A stretch of 63,048 nucleotides of DNA, filler included, from Octopus bimaculoides (taxonomy: Eukaryota), in NCBI RefSeq assembly GCF_001194135.2. It is 3 parts of 3 records of this genome, joined end to end, with 100 filler letters (N's around TTAATTAATTAA, not from the genome) between each part and the next. Parts side by side here need not be neighbours in the genome. Positions count along the whole stretch, not along the records: positions 21,068 to 48,548 come from NC_068986.1; 2 more parts are not named here. The stretch is one strand, 5' to 3'. The position numbers and the translations under genes were made by a program. Below are positions 22,579-36,474 of this stretch, in pieces (position 1 is the stretch's first letter; each line of letters opens with the position of its first letter). The notes beneath the pieces were generated by a model that was given only the letters and a program-made list of their open reading frames with translations, did not search any database and had not been told where the DNA came from.

Positions 22579-24403
22579 GATAGAGAGAAAGAGAGAGAAA
22601 GGTAAGATGTGGGGAGGAATGTGGATTTGTTTGGAGAAAGGGTGGTGACTATATGTGACACACAAAGTCATAATTTTGTGGTGACACTCTGTCTCATTTG
22701 GTGAATATCATTATGGAAATAATAAAAAAAGAATCTGTATAAGTTACATGAGGAACGTGTTCTAGATGTTGTGCTTTCGTACAATATACGTTGTTTGGTG
22801 GTGGGGTAGAATAGCATGGTGGTGATGTGGGTGCTGTTATCAAGCAAAATAAAGGGCCCTGTTAGGCGTTCCAAGCTCATGGGTTTTTGAAATCGTGGGA
22901 TTGTTTTATTTATTTAGCAATTTATTTTTGCTATTGTAAGATCTTGTTCTTTCATTGGTTTTGTTATAGTGTCTGCTTGTGCTTTGTGTGCACCTGAAGG
23001 TTCTATTTTTAGTACTGATTTTATTTTTAGCTGGGTTTTGCTCACAGATGTTACTCCACTTTTTATTTTTATGGGTTAGCATTGGCAAAAAGAAATGTGT
23101 GACCACGTAAAAATCTGTCTCGTTATTCCTGTAGGGAGAGGTTTCTTCACTAGGTGAAAAGAACTCCCTCACTGGGTGGTAGAAGCTACTCTCATTGCCA
23201 TAGCAAAGTCCCTCACTGGGTGACAGAGACTCATTAGATGATAGAGGCTTCTCTTACTGACACAATAGTGGCTCTCTCACTGGATGGATGAGACTCGCCA
23301 TCTCAGTAGAATCTCCTTACTGTCTTAGCAGAAACTCCCTTACTGACTCGGAAGAAGCACTTTCACTGTTTCCTAAGGTTTTCTTATTCATCAACGAGAT
23401 CCTACTTGTAAGCGTGTTCTTAAGGGTGGTCTATGCCGTTGACGTTTGTGGTTTTAGTGGTGGTGCCAAATGGTTTATCTGAGTTATAACCATTTGCAGT
23501 CAAGTACGTTTCGCCAAAATCATTTCTGAAGTAAAGAGTAATAAAATTGCTTTTGCTAAATTCCTTGGGGAGAAAAAAGTATTCTTATTGAAGTCTTGAC
23601 TAACCCTATCTGAAAATGTAGACACATTTGAAAGTAGTTCATCTCTATCATATATGAATCAATGAAAGGATGTTCATCTCTAAAAGATGTGACAACCATG
23701 AAGTTAGATATACTGACTCATCGAAGGTTATTCTCAAAATCCACATGTTGTATTGAAACGATTACATCTGAATACAGATATCTCTCCACAGCACTGAAGG
23801 TGTTTTGCGATTTTAATTTTTCGTAAATGCTTACATTCAAGGAAGAAGTATGAACAACATAACTTCTGTCTTACATAAGATAAAGGAACGAATCAATAAA
23901 GTTCTTGAATAATGAAAGAAAAGTAAAATAATATTGGCTTTGATTTTTTCCATCAAACTCTTCAAGGCGGTGTCCCAGCATGTCTGCAGACCAATGACTG
24001 AAACAAGAGAAATATAAAACAAAACATAAAAGAAAGCTTTCAATTTGTGAGATGACCGCGTCATCTCTTTAGGGAGAAAATACTTAACAATATTTCTCTT
24101 GATTTCCGGAGTTCAAATTTCACCGATGTCAACCATCACTTTCATCTTTTCGGGGTCAATAAAATAAGTACCAGTCAAATTATGGAGCATTTTCCTAACC
24201 CTTTCTTTCTAAATTGCTGGCTCTCTTCAAAAGTTTTAAAAGCATTATTGTTATTATCCGTGACGCACTGGCAGATGATATAACAACACTATACCTAAAG
24301 AGTAAATACATCTAACGGCCCAACGTTCTTTAGGCCATTCGTCCTCCTTCAAATTTTCAATAAATCATTAGAAAACTTGCCGTTCCTAAAAAGGCTGTTT
24401 TCT

Positions 24404-24748
24404 ATTATTATTGTTTTATGTTTGACTTTTGTTTTGCATTTGTACAAGTTGGATCCAAGTCTAACCCAGAGACCTCAAGAGACAACAAGTTAGAAGTTCA
24501 TGTAGGTGTTATGCCTAGTGTTTGCTTTAAAATTTGAGATCACATAGACAGTATTTTACGTAGGATATGAGCAGTTCCCATGAGCACTATCTTTTGAACT
24601 TCAGCCATTTTGGGGTTTCCTGGAATCTGATCTAGGTAGTAATCAGCCCGTTTCGCTGTCATTCCCAAGGCACCTATGACAATAAGTATTGTTTTCGTCT
24701 TCATATTCCACATTTTGCTAATTTCTATTTCAAGATCTTTATATTTGC
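24404..24748 (-). mobile_element. R4/Dong-clade non-LTR retrotransposon 3' end (RLE C-terminus plus 3' UTR)
   Basis: KYKDLEIEISKMWNMKTKTILIVIGALG..VQKIVLMGTAHILRKILSM*; ends in a short (TAA) run. Confidence 0.85.
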
Positions 24749-25110
24749 NNNNNNNNNNNNNNNNNNNNNNNNNNNNNNNNNNNNNNNNNNNNNNNNNNNN
24801 NNNNNNNNNNNNNNNNNNNNNNNNNNNNNNNNNNNNNNNNNNNNNNNNNNNNNNNNNNNNNNNNNNNNNNNNNNNNNNNNNNNNNNNNNNNNNNNNNNNN
24901 NNNNNNNNNNNNNNNNNNNNNNNNNNNNNNNNNNNNNNNNNNNNNNNNNNNNNNNNNNNNNNNNNNNNNNNNNNNNNNNNNNNNNNNNNNNNNNNNNNNN
25001 NNNNNNNNNNNNNNNNNNNNNNNNNNNNNNNNNNNNNNNNNNNNNNNNNNNNNNNNNNNNNNNNNNNNNNNNNNNNNNNNNNNNNNNNNNNNNNNNNNAT
25101 TATTATTATT

Positions 25111-25190
<80 letters not shown>

Positions 25191-25202
25191 TATTATTATT
25201 CC

Positions 25203-25955
25203 TTCGTAACACATGCACCGGAGACTTTAATCATCTGTCAAGTCACAACAAGGACCTCAGACAGATAATACTTTCCTTAAGATGTGCACTGTGCCCAATA
25301 AGGCAGTTTTTGCAAGACATCAATCTTGCATGGGATTTCCAGTTGCCCTAAGAAGTCTTGAAATTTCAATAGGATTGAGTCCAACGCTCCGATCACCACT
25401 GGTATCACTTTTATATTACCCTCTCGCATTCCATACAGTCTTGTTATTTCCACTTTCAATTCGGAGTACTTGGTGATTTTCTCAACCTCTTTACTCTCAA
25501 TATTCACGTCATCTGGTATGGCTACATCAATGATCTGACAGTATTTGTCTCTCTTATTCAATATGGCAATATCCGGCCGACGGTGTTCGATTACACGATC
25601 CGTCTCAAAATCATAGTCGCAGAGTATCGTTACTTTTCCATCCTCTTGCAAAACATTACTTGGTACATGCTCATACCAGTTCTCTGTTACTTCATATTGG
25701 TATTTACGGCATAAGAGCCAATGAAGATACACACATTATTGTCGTGGTGCTTGTATTCTTTTTACTCAAGGCTCTCACATCCACTTAACTAGTAGGTCAA
25801 ATTTTCCACACTCTTGCCACAGAGTCTGCATTTCTGGATGTCTGTAGTTTTATAGATGTTATACTTCACTGAATTAGTAGCAAGAGCCTGGTCTTGTGCA
25901 GTAATGATCAGGCTTTCGGTGGTACGCTTCAAACCACCTCGCTCAAGCCATGCTA
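25203..25955 (-). mobile_element. R4/Dong-clade element, CCHC finger plus RLE domain, degenerate
   Basis: WLERGGLKRTTESLIITAQDQAL..CRLCGK, then LHWLLCRKY..WYEH..RRPDIAIL..IIDVAIP..EKITKYSEL..IPVVIGAL; 3' side abuts the (ATT)n array at 25099-25200. Confidence 0.88.
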
Positions 25956-25967
25956 GAGGAAGATATA

Positions 25968-26769
25968 CAGAAATTCAAAATATGAACGGGAATATGCCAC
26001 ATTCTTTATTTTAGATATAATGATGTCATCTATTTTCGCTTCTTTATACATGGTAACGAGGAAAATGAAATCACAATGCATGTAGGAAAGAGATTACTCA
26101 TTCAAAATGTTCTGTGTAAATGGAGCAGAACTGGCATTTCTTTCATCCCTGCAGGGCATGACGTCGGAAATTCTCAAATATATTTATCTTCGTGTGCTTT
26201 GGAGAATGAAAATACAGTAGAATCAGCGTTGTTGGTGGGGAAAAACACAGACACACAAACATATACACACACACACACACACACATACATTCATTTTCCA
26301 TCTACCAAATCCACTCACAAGGCTTTGGTCGGCCAGAGGCTATAGTAGAAGACACTTGCCCAAGGTGCCACGCAGTGCAACTGAACCCGGAACCACTAGG
26401 TTTGTAAGCAAGCTAATTACCACACAGCCACTCCTACGCCTAATTGTATGATGTAGATGATGGGAGCGGGTGACGGTAAATGTAGGATGTCTTTTGCTTG
26501 CAAAATAACCCTGTCCCTATTCGGCAATTCTGAAACGCTTGTGTGCAAAAATTTGAAGGTACTTTTTGAAAAAAAGACTCACGTTTTATACTGGACTTAC
26601 AGACACATTTGGATTATTTTTTTTGGGGGGGGGGGGGGTGCGAAACATTCACAGAAATGTAACAAGTTAACTAAAATTTCCTGTAATCTTTCCCAGACAA
26701 AATAGACATCAGCAGTAAACTGCAATCAGAAAGGAACGCAAGATATTCCCGTTCATATTTAAATTTCTG
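25968..26769. mobile_element. Tc1/mariner-type non-autonomous element carrying a family-1 SINE (~26225-26440, minus)
   Basis: TIRs CAGAAATTCAAAATATGAACGGGAATAT / ATATTCCCGTTCATATTTAAATTTCTG, flanked by TA on both sides (25966-25967, 26770-26771). Confidence 0.8.
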
Positions 26770-26934
26770 TATTTCTGCTTTCTTTTTCATTTTTCATTTT
26801 GAACGCAACGAAAACTAACAATCTGTCGAAATTTTGGTCAATTCTATTTACAGTACCGAACCAATCACCGTTTAATACAAATCACATCGCGCTTTTCTTA
26901 TTACTAATTACTATTATTATTGTTATTATTATTA

Positions 26935-27268
26935 TTCTTCAGTAGTTTTATTTTTATAACGTGCTTTCAATTCACTACCGAGCGCACCTCTGTGCGCCTT
27001 GGGTATGTGCTGTGGTTTGCTGTGGTGCTCTTATGTTTACTGTATTGAAAGTGTTTTGCGTAGAATGTGTGCAGTACCCAGTAGTGCAATTTTCTGTATG
27101 TTATATATATTTGTAAGTCCTGGTGTTTTTGTTATGTATTTGTCTGAATATTTTTTTATTATACCTAAGGCACCTACTATGATAGGAATTGTTTCTGTTT
27201 TCAGATTCCACATTCGAGTTATCTCTATTTCCAGGTCTTTGTATTTTGAAAGTTTTTCCATTTCTTTT
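26935..27268 (-). mobile_element. 5'-truncated R4/Dong element embedded in (TAA)n on both sides
   Basis: EKLSKYKDLEIEITRMWNLKTETIPIIVGALG..IQKIALLGTAHILRKTLSIQ*; ATT arrays at ~26902-26935 and ~27270-27350. Confidence 0.88.
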
Positions 27269-27280
27269 TTATTATTATTA

Positions 27281-27339
<59 letters not shown>

Positions 27340-28605
27340 GCTATTATTATCGGTGATGTTATTTTATTGTTTTGAATCCCCAATGCTCTTAACAGCGTAA
27401 CATTTCAAAGAATCACTACATGAGATCCATACAAGTTGTGTTTTTTTCTGAACTTCGCATATAATCAATAAATTCTCTCTTGCACAGCAAAATACTGTAC
27501 GGCCATCCGATTTGCCCTGACAACTCGACTATTATTTCCCCAACAGGTAGGCTTTGCTAAATACAGAATGTAAAATCCAGCTCATATGCGCAATCTAATT
27601 CAACAAATTTTATCTCATAACCCAGGAATCGGTTACGAAGTATCTTATTAAACTTATCTATTTCTTCTCTGTTCTAATAAGTTAGTCAATGACTATGCAC
27701 ATATAAAATACGCAATCGATATTACATTATAGCACACACACAGACACACACGCACACACACACTTATATGTATACATATACATATATATATANNNNNNNN
27801 NNAATGATATATTGTTGAAAACGTATGGAAAGTTAGGCCACTAACAGCGTCCGTGGAATGATATAAATCGTAAGAGGTGTAAATATTGAAAAAAAAAAAA
27901 AAAATTAAACAAAAAAAATAACTAGAATTTTTTTTTTCTACAATGCGTATCAAGCTCGAGAAATTCCCGAGTTGATTATTGAACTTCGCTAGTGATCGTT
28001 CCGTTCTCATGTGTAATAGAACCCAATTTGAATATGAGAAAAGAGTGAAAATTTGCTTCCTTTTTGTCATAAAATTGTGAAACATTGTATTCTCTTTGTC
28101 ATAAAAACATTTCTATAGTTGTAATCTGAGATGTTCATTCATTCACCAAGATCATTAGCTACAAATCAGAAATGTCTCCAATCGGACGTCGAGAGTGCAA
28201 CATGGATTTTGCCCAGACAGAATCTTCCCTAATCGTTCACTGTTGGAAAAAATCTGATTTATTATATAAGTAAAGGGGTTCGTCGTGTCTACACATCCAC
28301 ACACACAAACACACACACACACACACACACACTGTTATATATAGAGACACCTCTATGTCTATATAAAAAAATCATATCTAAATCACATCTGTCTATAAGT
28401 ATTCATATACATATATATTTTGGCTTTGGATACAAGAAAACACAGGAGGATCAGTATTGTGATTTTATTCCCCTCTCAGATTCGAACACTGAATGCAACG
28501 GTCCTTCAGTATTTCTAAAACTTTATTAACTTATTAGAACAGAGAAGAATAAACACTTTAAAACAACCAAGCCATTCGGGACACCCTTGAGACCAGGAAC
28601 TTTTA

Positions 28606-29002
28606 CTCTTTTACTTGTTTCAGTCTTTTGACTGTGGCTATACTGGAGCACCGCCTTTTAATCGAGCAAATCGGCCCCAGGACTTATTCTTTGGAAGCCT
28701 AGTACTTATTCTATCGGTTTCTTTTGCAGAACCGCTAAGTTACGGGGACGTAAACACACCAGCATCGGTTGTCAAGCGATGTTGGGGGGACAACAGACAC
28801 ACAAACACATACACACATACATATATATATACATATATACGACGGGCTTCTTTCAGTTTCCGTCTACCAAATCCACTCACAAGGATTTGGTCGGCCCGAG
28901 GCTATAGTAGAAGACACTTGCCCAAGATGCCACGCAGTGGGACTGGACCCGGAACCATGTGGTTAGTAAGCAAGCTACTTACCACACAGCCACTCCTACG
29001 CC
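28606..29002 (-). mobile_element. Family-1 SINE, full length, low divergence
   Basis: Complete head, CORE-like domain, internal microsatellite and tail. Confidence 0.92.
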
Positions 29003-29018
29003 TATTTCAGCACTCATA

Positions 29019-29103
<85 letters not shown>

Positions 29104-29378
29104 GAGAGATCGATAGAGAGAGAGGAGAGGCAGGTACAGGCAGATAGAAAGATAAAAAGAAAGAGTGAAAGGAAGAAAGCTATCGTCTCTCAGCACAAGA
29201 CCATTACTTTATTTATCGAACCTCAATGGGTGAAACGCAAATTTCACCATGCCGGGATTTGTAATCAGAATGTATGTATGTATGTATATATGTATGTGTG
29301 TGTATGTAAGAGTGTGTGTATGCATGTGTGCATGTATGTATGCACACATACATGTTTACATACATAGATATGCACACA

Positions 29379-29413
<35 letters not shown>

Positions 29414-31545
29414 CACACATGGATACATACATACATAAACATACATAGAAATGTTACTATACAAAGTACTTCCGCATTGATTCTGCTCATTAACTTCTAC
29501 TCACAGAACACCAATGTCCATCAACCCGAAGATACTGTAAAAAGAAAAAAAAAAAAGAAAAAACAATCCTCTCCCGAAGGTATTATGTAGTAAGACTGAA
29601 CAAGCAATCTCTTTGTTGTGAATCGTATTTCTGTTATCGCACAATTTTCCTTTCACCTAGACAAAAGCGAAATATTAGTAGATATCACGGAGTTAAAGGA
29701 AATATTTCCGTCATTCTCTGTGCCAATATAAGATACACTTCCAGTAGAAATTATAAGAAACCAGAAAGATATATGAATAATTTCGTATAAATTACGTTTA
29801 GTGATTTTTATTTAATTTATTATTATTTTATTTATTATTATTTTTTTCATTTTTGTAGCTCTTACCAAGAATGAAAACGTCCTTCTTGGTTTAGTTGTGT
29901 TTGGAGTTGCTCTTACTGGTGTTGTAGTTGTGGTCATCGTTGTCATTCATGTCTTTTTTTTCTCGTTATTGATGTAGCTGTCGTCTTTGATGTTATTGTT
30001 ACTCTTCTTGTTGTCGTCCGTCTTATTAATTATGTTGCTGTAGTTGTTGTTGCTGCCGTGACTGTAATCAGTGAGAATAGTTTTTAGGGTTGTTTTTGTT
30101 GTTCGGAAAGATTAATTCCGTAGTTGTTTGTTGTTGTTGTTAATAGTATTGGTGGTGGAGATTATTGCGAGTTGCACTTTTCACTGGTAGTGTTGTTGGT
30201 GGTGGTGGTGGCAGCGGTATATCAATATTATTGGTTTGACTTAAATTGAAGCGGGGAAACTGATAGAATTGTTGAACTGTCGGCCAAACTTCTTTATAGT
30301 AATTCTTCTGGATATTTACACTCCGAGTTCAAATCTCACTGAAGTCATATTTGAATGTTTTTATCTACTACGTGGTTGATAATTTAAGAACCAGTCACGT
30401 ACTGAAATAAATTACATTGTTCAATCCCTTTCTTCGTCTGTCGGTTTCAAATTTTGACACAAAGTCAGTACTCAAATGGTAATTATTATACAAACCCCCA
30501 AAGGATGAAAGGCAAAGTCGACCGATTAAGAATTTGAGCTCAAAACAAAAAGACGGGCGAAATGTCACTAAGTATTTTGCCTGGTGTTCTAACTCTTCTG
30601 CCTGTTCGCCGCCTTTCTTTGTTCCTATATTAGAAACTTATTTAGATTTCAGTGGTCAACATTCGAGTACAATCATGATCAAAGATGCTACGACTGTCCT
30701 ATCATTTTATTCAGCCAGTGTATCTAGGATTATATTAACCAATGAGACTTTACATTTTTAGAAATCAGTAGACTATCATTTGAGCGAGATGCAATTGCGA
30801 CTTCTTACTTAATGTAGATGTGGGGGTATCGGTGGTGGTGNNNNNNNNNNNNNNNNNNNNNNNNNNNNNNNNNNNNNNNNNNNNNNNNNNNNNNNNNNNN
30901 NNNNNNNNNNNNNNNNNNNNNNNNNNNNNNNNNNNNNNNNNNNNNNNNNNNNNNNNNNNNNNNNNNNNNNNNNNNNNNNNNNNNNNNNNNNNNNNNNNNN
31001 NNNNNNNNNNNNNNNNNNNNNNNNNNNNNNNNNNNNNNNNNNNNNNNNNNNNNNNNNNNNNNNNNNNNNNNNNNNNNNNNNNNNNNNNNNNNNNNNNNNN
31101 NNNNNNNNNNNNNNNNNNNNNNNNNNNNNNNNNNNNNNNNNNNNNNNNNNNNNNNNNNNNNNNNNNNNNNNNNNNNNNNNNNNNNNNNNNNNNNNNNNNN
31201 NNNNNNNNNNNNNNNNNNNNNNNNNNNNNNNNNNNNNNNNNNNNNNNNNNNNNNNNNNNNNNNNNNNNNNNNNNNNNNNNNNNNNNNNNNNNNNNNNNNN
31301 NNNNNNNNNNNNNNNNNNNNNNNNNNNNNNNNNNNNNNNNNNNNNNNNNNNNNNNNNNNNNNNNNNNNNNNNNNNNNNNNNNNNNNNNNNNNNNNNNNNN
31401 NNNNNNNNNNNNNNNNNNNNNNNNNNNNNNNNNNNNNNNNNNNNNNNNNNNNNNNNNNNNNNNNNNNNNNNNNNNNNNNNNNNNNNNNNNNNNNNNNNNN
31501 NNNNNNNNNNNNNNNNNNNNNNNNNNNNNNNNNNNNNNNNNNNNN

Positions 31546-31578
<33 letters not shown>

Positions 31579-32117
31579 TGGTGGTGGTGGTGGTGGTGGT
31601 GATGGTTAAGGGTGGAGTGGTGGTATTGGCGGCGGCGGTTGTGGTGGTGATGATGGAAAAGAATTGCTCTTTGAATTAGAGTCCATCCACTACAATTGTC
31701 TGAAAGGAAATAGGCGAGAGAAAAAAACGAAGAAATATTGGAATAAAGGAAAAGAAGAAATAGAGAAATAAAAGAATAAAAACATTCGTAAATAAAAATA
31801 AAAGTAATAATAATATAATATACGCAAAATAAATAATAAGAACAATAATAGCAAAAACAACAACAACAACAACAACTGTGAAATATAGATGAATAAATAA
31901 ATGAAAACACATTGAACCCAAGCGATTGAGTTTAGGCTAAAAACCAAAATCGATTGAACTCCCTAATGATGCCAAATTTCCAAGGGTAAATCGCGTGATT
32001 GGCATCGCTACTTTATAATTCGGACCTCGCTTCCGTAGCAATCAGCGTTTCCGGTTTGTTAGCTGTAACCTTGTCTGACCATGAAGGACCGACCAACAGT
32101 AGCAAAAACTAACCGTA

Positions 32118-32150
<33 letters not shown>

Positions 32151-32490
32151 NNNNNNNNNNNNNNNNNNNNNNNNNNNNNNNNNNNNNNNNNNNNNNNNNN
32201 NNNNNNNNNNNNNNNNNNNNNNNNNNNNNNNNNNNNNNNNNNNNNNNNNNNNNNNNNNNNNNNNNNNNNNNNNNNNNNNNNNNNNNNNNNNNNNNNNNNN
32301 NNNNNNNNNNNNNNNNNNNNNNNNNNNNNNNNNNNNNNNNNNNNNNNNNNNNNNNNNNNNNNNNNNNNNNNNNNNNNNNNNNNNNNNNNNNNNNNNNNNN
32401 NNNNNNNNNNNNNNNNNNNNNNNNNNNNNNNNNNNNNNNNNNNNNNNTATATATTAATGTAGGAAGCCGATGATGAAGATAGATGAAATT

Positions 32491-32542
<52 letters not shown>

Positions 32543-33222
32543 CAGTAGTAGTAGTAGATGAAGAAGGGCAACAACAATAACAGCAAGAACAGTAACAACA
32601 GAATCGTGAACGAGAACAAGGATTTAGCTAGCCTTGATTCCTGAACATGGCATTACGATTGAATGGTTAAATAAATGAATGAACCAAAAAAAAAAAAGAT
32701 GCGAAGAAAAGAAGCAGACTAAAAAAAAAACGTACTTAAGAAAGAAATGGTTGAATGATAAAGCGAAGACAAGCCGGGAAGAAAAGCGAAATTATAAAAA
32801 CAAAAAGAATGAACATGTAGGAAAGAAAAAAAAGAAGGAAGGAAAATAAGAATGTAAAAAAAATAATAATAGGGAAAAGTAGAAGTCGGGTAAAGGAAAA
32901 AAAATTAGACAGTGAAATGTAAGTAATAAGATGAAGAATATAAGTCAAGTGCATTTACGATAGGAAAATAGCTATAGTGGAACGTGTGTTTCTTGCTGCG
33001 ATGATTTCTCATTTCCTACGCAATCTGTTCGCAAGTTAAAGCCGTCGTTTCCCCGGCCCACGTGATCTACACCAATAACAGTGCCTGCCTGCAATATCAG
33101 TAGCAGCAACATCCAGCGGTATGAAAAATAAATAAATAAATAAATAAATAAATAAATAGTAAAAGCAACATCACATCTTACCGTATTTATCAACCAAAAC
33201 AGTGAAGGCAGAGGTGCAACGT

Positions 33223-33273
<51 letters not shown>

Positions 33274-33430
33274 CAGTAATAGTTTTTGTCCGTGTAGCTA
33301 TTTTAATAGCATTAGCTTGAATGTCCATCCTTTTAAATCTCTCTCTCTCTCTCTTTCTCTCTCAGATTGCCTGTTCCTCACCCTCACCCTCTCTATCTAT
33401 GTATGTATCTATCTCTCCTTGTCTCCATAT

Positions 33431-33467
33431 TCTTTCTGTTGAAGAGCGTAGCTCGAAACGTCAAAGA
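33431..33467 (+). ncRNA. Minimal hammerhead-like motif with variant core CUGUUGA
   Basis: UCUUU CUGUUGA A GAGC-GUA-GCUC GAAA CG UC AAAGA; stem I 5 bp, stem II 4 bp, ACGU palindromic stem III, GUC triplet. Confidence 0.6.
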
Positions 33468-33601
33468 CTTTCCGTATTCCCGAGCGTCATACTAATACAT
33501 CCTTTTGTTATTTACACCACCTGTCCTCGTCTGTTGTTGTTTTTTCGTATATTCTCCCATATATACATATATAGGTATCTTAGTACATGTTTTATTATAA
33601 T

Positions 33602-33878
33602 GCGCCATTTTAAAACCTAGCCAGGCTCATGGGCCTGGTTTCCCGGCTTCTATGGCTGGACGCCAGTCCATCGCAGCGTTACTCAACAAACAGGACGAAA
33701 GAGATAAAGATGGGGCGAAAGAGTACAACAGGGGTCGCCAGCAACCTTGCCGGAGCCTCGTGGAACTTTTTAGGTGTTTTCGCTCAATAAACACACACAA
33801 CGCCCGGTATGGGAAACTAAACCACGATCCTTCGACCGCGAGTCCGTTGCCCTAACCACTGGGCCATTTCGCCTCCAC
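33602..33878 (-). mobile_element. tRNA-derived SINE, family 4
   Basis: Minus-strand head GTGGAGGCGAAATGGCCCAGTGGTTAGGGCAACGGACTCGCGGTC with A box; body shared with 55303-55460. Confidence 0.8.
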
Positions 33879-34030
33879 TCGAAGTACTAGAATAGAGACA
33901 TCTGATGATGGAAAAATTCCATATGTGGTTCATCTGTTTTCCTATGTGTTCGTTCTGTTGTCTGTAAACAAAGTCCGTTTTTGTGCTTTATGTTCCCGTT
34001 CCTTTTTCTAACGTCCTGTANNNNNNNNNN

Positions 34031-34083
<53 letters not shown>

Positions 34084-34513
34084 ATAGTGTTGTGTCTAGG
34101 GTGAGTCATTCTCTTTTAGTGCCTTATTATTTAATACACTCACCGGTTCAGTTTCCACTCATTACTCATCTATATCTATATAACTGAGTTTGTGAGTGTG
34201 TGTGTGTGTGTGTGTTGCATCTATAGAAATCCACATCTTACAAGATAGCAAGCTGGGAGTCACACCAATGGATTCCTCATGGTCGAAAATGCTCGGAATC
34301 GGCAATTTTTTTTTTTTATTGCTTCCTAAGATGTGAATTTTTGTATTAAAAATAATTTTAAACCAAAACTTATAACAATTTTAAAGTCGGAGCATGAGTT
34401 AAGTCCCCTTCTAGCGAGGGTGATCCTTCACACACGATCACCTATTATTTTGTAAACAATGTTACGAAACTTCATGTTTTCGAATTATATATATATGCAT
34501 ATATGCTTTGGGT

Positions 34514-34913
34514 GCAAATGGTTTTGTTATACGACGCCGTATTTTACAATAATGTAAATAATAATAATAATGGTATTTTTTCATATAAGCTTCAGCTTTA
34601 TGGCGTTCACCGTGCAATGACTAAGGAAATTAGTCTAATAACGAGGCATATAAGCACTCGACAGAAAAAACAAGGCTTTCCTCTCCGTGTGTGAAGGTAA
34701 CACACACAGTTATGTTAACACAGGGATGTGGATTCGCGTCCCATGCGCATGGAAAAGCAATCTTTTTTCTGTCGAGGGTTTATATGCTCCGTTAGTACAC
34801 TATTTCCTTAGCCATTGCACGGTGATCGCTATAAGCTTTAAGCTTATATAAAAATACCATTATTAGTATTTACAGGATTGTAAAATACAGCACCGTATAA
34901 TAAAGCCATTCGC
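34514..34913. mobile_element. Foldback MITE with about 165-bp imperfect arms and a 70-bp spacer
   Basis: 34514-34681 aligns by eye to the reverse complement of 34751-34913 (shared blocks include GTATTTTACAAT, ATAATGGTATTTTT, CACCGTGCAATG, CTCGACAGAAAAAA); TA-rich flanks. Confidence 0.8.
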
Positions 34914-34915
34914 TT

Positions 34916-34955
<40 letters not shown>

Positions 34956-36443
34956 NNNNNNNNNNNNNNNNNNNNNNNNNNNNNNNNNNNNNNNNNNNNN
35001 NNNNNNNNNNNNNNNNNNNNNNNNNNNNNNNNNNNNNNNNNNNNNNNNNNNNNNNNNNNNNNNNNNNNNNNNNNNNNNNNNNNNNNNNNNNNNNNNNNNN
35101 NNNNNNNNNNNNNNNNNNNNNNNNNNNNNNNNNNNNNNNNNNNNNNNNNNNNNNNNNNNNNNNNNNNNNNNNNNNNNNNNNNNNNNNNNNNNNNNNNNNN
35201 NNNNNNNNNNNNNNNNNNNNNNNNNNNNNNNNNNNNNNNNNNNNNNNNNNNNNNNNNNNNNNNNNNNNNNNNNNNNNNNNNNNNNNNNNNNNNNNNNNNN
35301 NNNNNNNNNNNNNNNNNNNNNNNNNNNNNNNNNNNNNNNNNNNNNNNNNNNNNNNNNNNNNNNNNNNNNNNNNNNNNNNNNNNNNNNNNNNNNNNNNNNN
35401 NNNNNNNNNNNNNNNNNNNNNNNNNNNNNNNNNNNNNNNNNNNNNNNNNNNNNNNNNNNNNNNNNNNNNNNNNNNNNNNNNNNNNNNNNNNNNNATATAT
35501 ATATATATATATATACACACAATTCAAAATTTAGTTATTAGCAAATGAACCGGCATCAAATTCAATCTTTATATTTGACTTATCGTGGATGACTTCTTAG
35601 AACGCCGAACACTGCGTTATACGCCTTGGGAAACCATTTCATATAGACGAATAATACATAAAAGCAGTGACATAAATAGTAGCAGCGAAACGGTCAAATC
35701 ATGTTATTTTATTCTACTAGACTTCCTCAGTGGCAGGTGCATAGTAGCCAAATCTCGCTGCCACGATATTTACAATTTATGTGTCTTTTCAGTCACTGAT
35801 TTCGCAAATAGCTAAGCAGGCTTATTGGAATATAATTATTAGCGACGGAAGCAGTATTAGTACCAAAAGGCGATCTTTATATCCAGCTAAACGTGGATCT
35901 TTTGTTAGAATGCAGAAAACTTTAAAACTCGTCTTGACAGTTCCTCTCATATACACGAATGGTGCATGAAAGCACAGACATATTACCGTAGCAGATTGTC
36001 ATGGAAGCCGAAGCTCTTAGATCGCCTAATTTTTGGCGATCTCCTGGAGTGTATCTATATGAGAAGACCTCTCATGACTAATACCGAAATATTTGGCGTT
36101 TCTAAAAAGGTATCCACATTAAGAGGAACATAAAGATTGCCTTTTGAAACTAATTCCGCTTACGTCACTAATAATTATTTTTTTAACGAGACTGCTTGTC
36201 ATTTGTGACATTAGTGATTGAAAAATCACTAAAACTATATCGTGGTGGTGAAATTTGGTTCATACGCGTTGACCGGACGCCTGCCATTAGGCGCCCAATC
36301 TTGGCCATCCTTATACTGAAGATGGTGGTCTCTGCATAGAGATTAGCTCCCACAATGCGTCCTTAACAAACAGTGTCCCACACCTCTTCACCGCCGAGAA
36401 ATTTCCATAACAGAACGATGACGACTTCGGCATCTCAAAAAGC

Positions 36444-36474
<31 letters not shown>

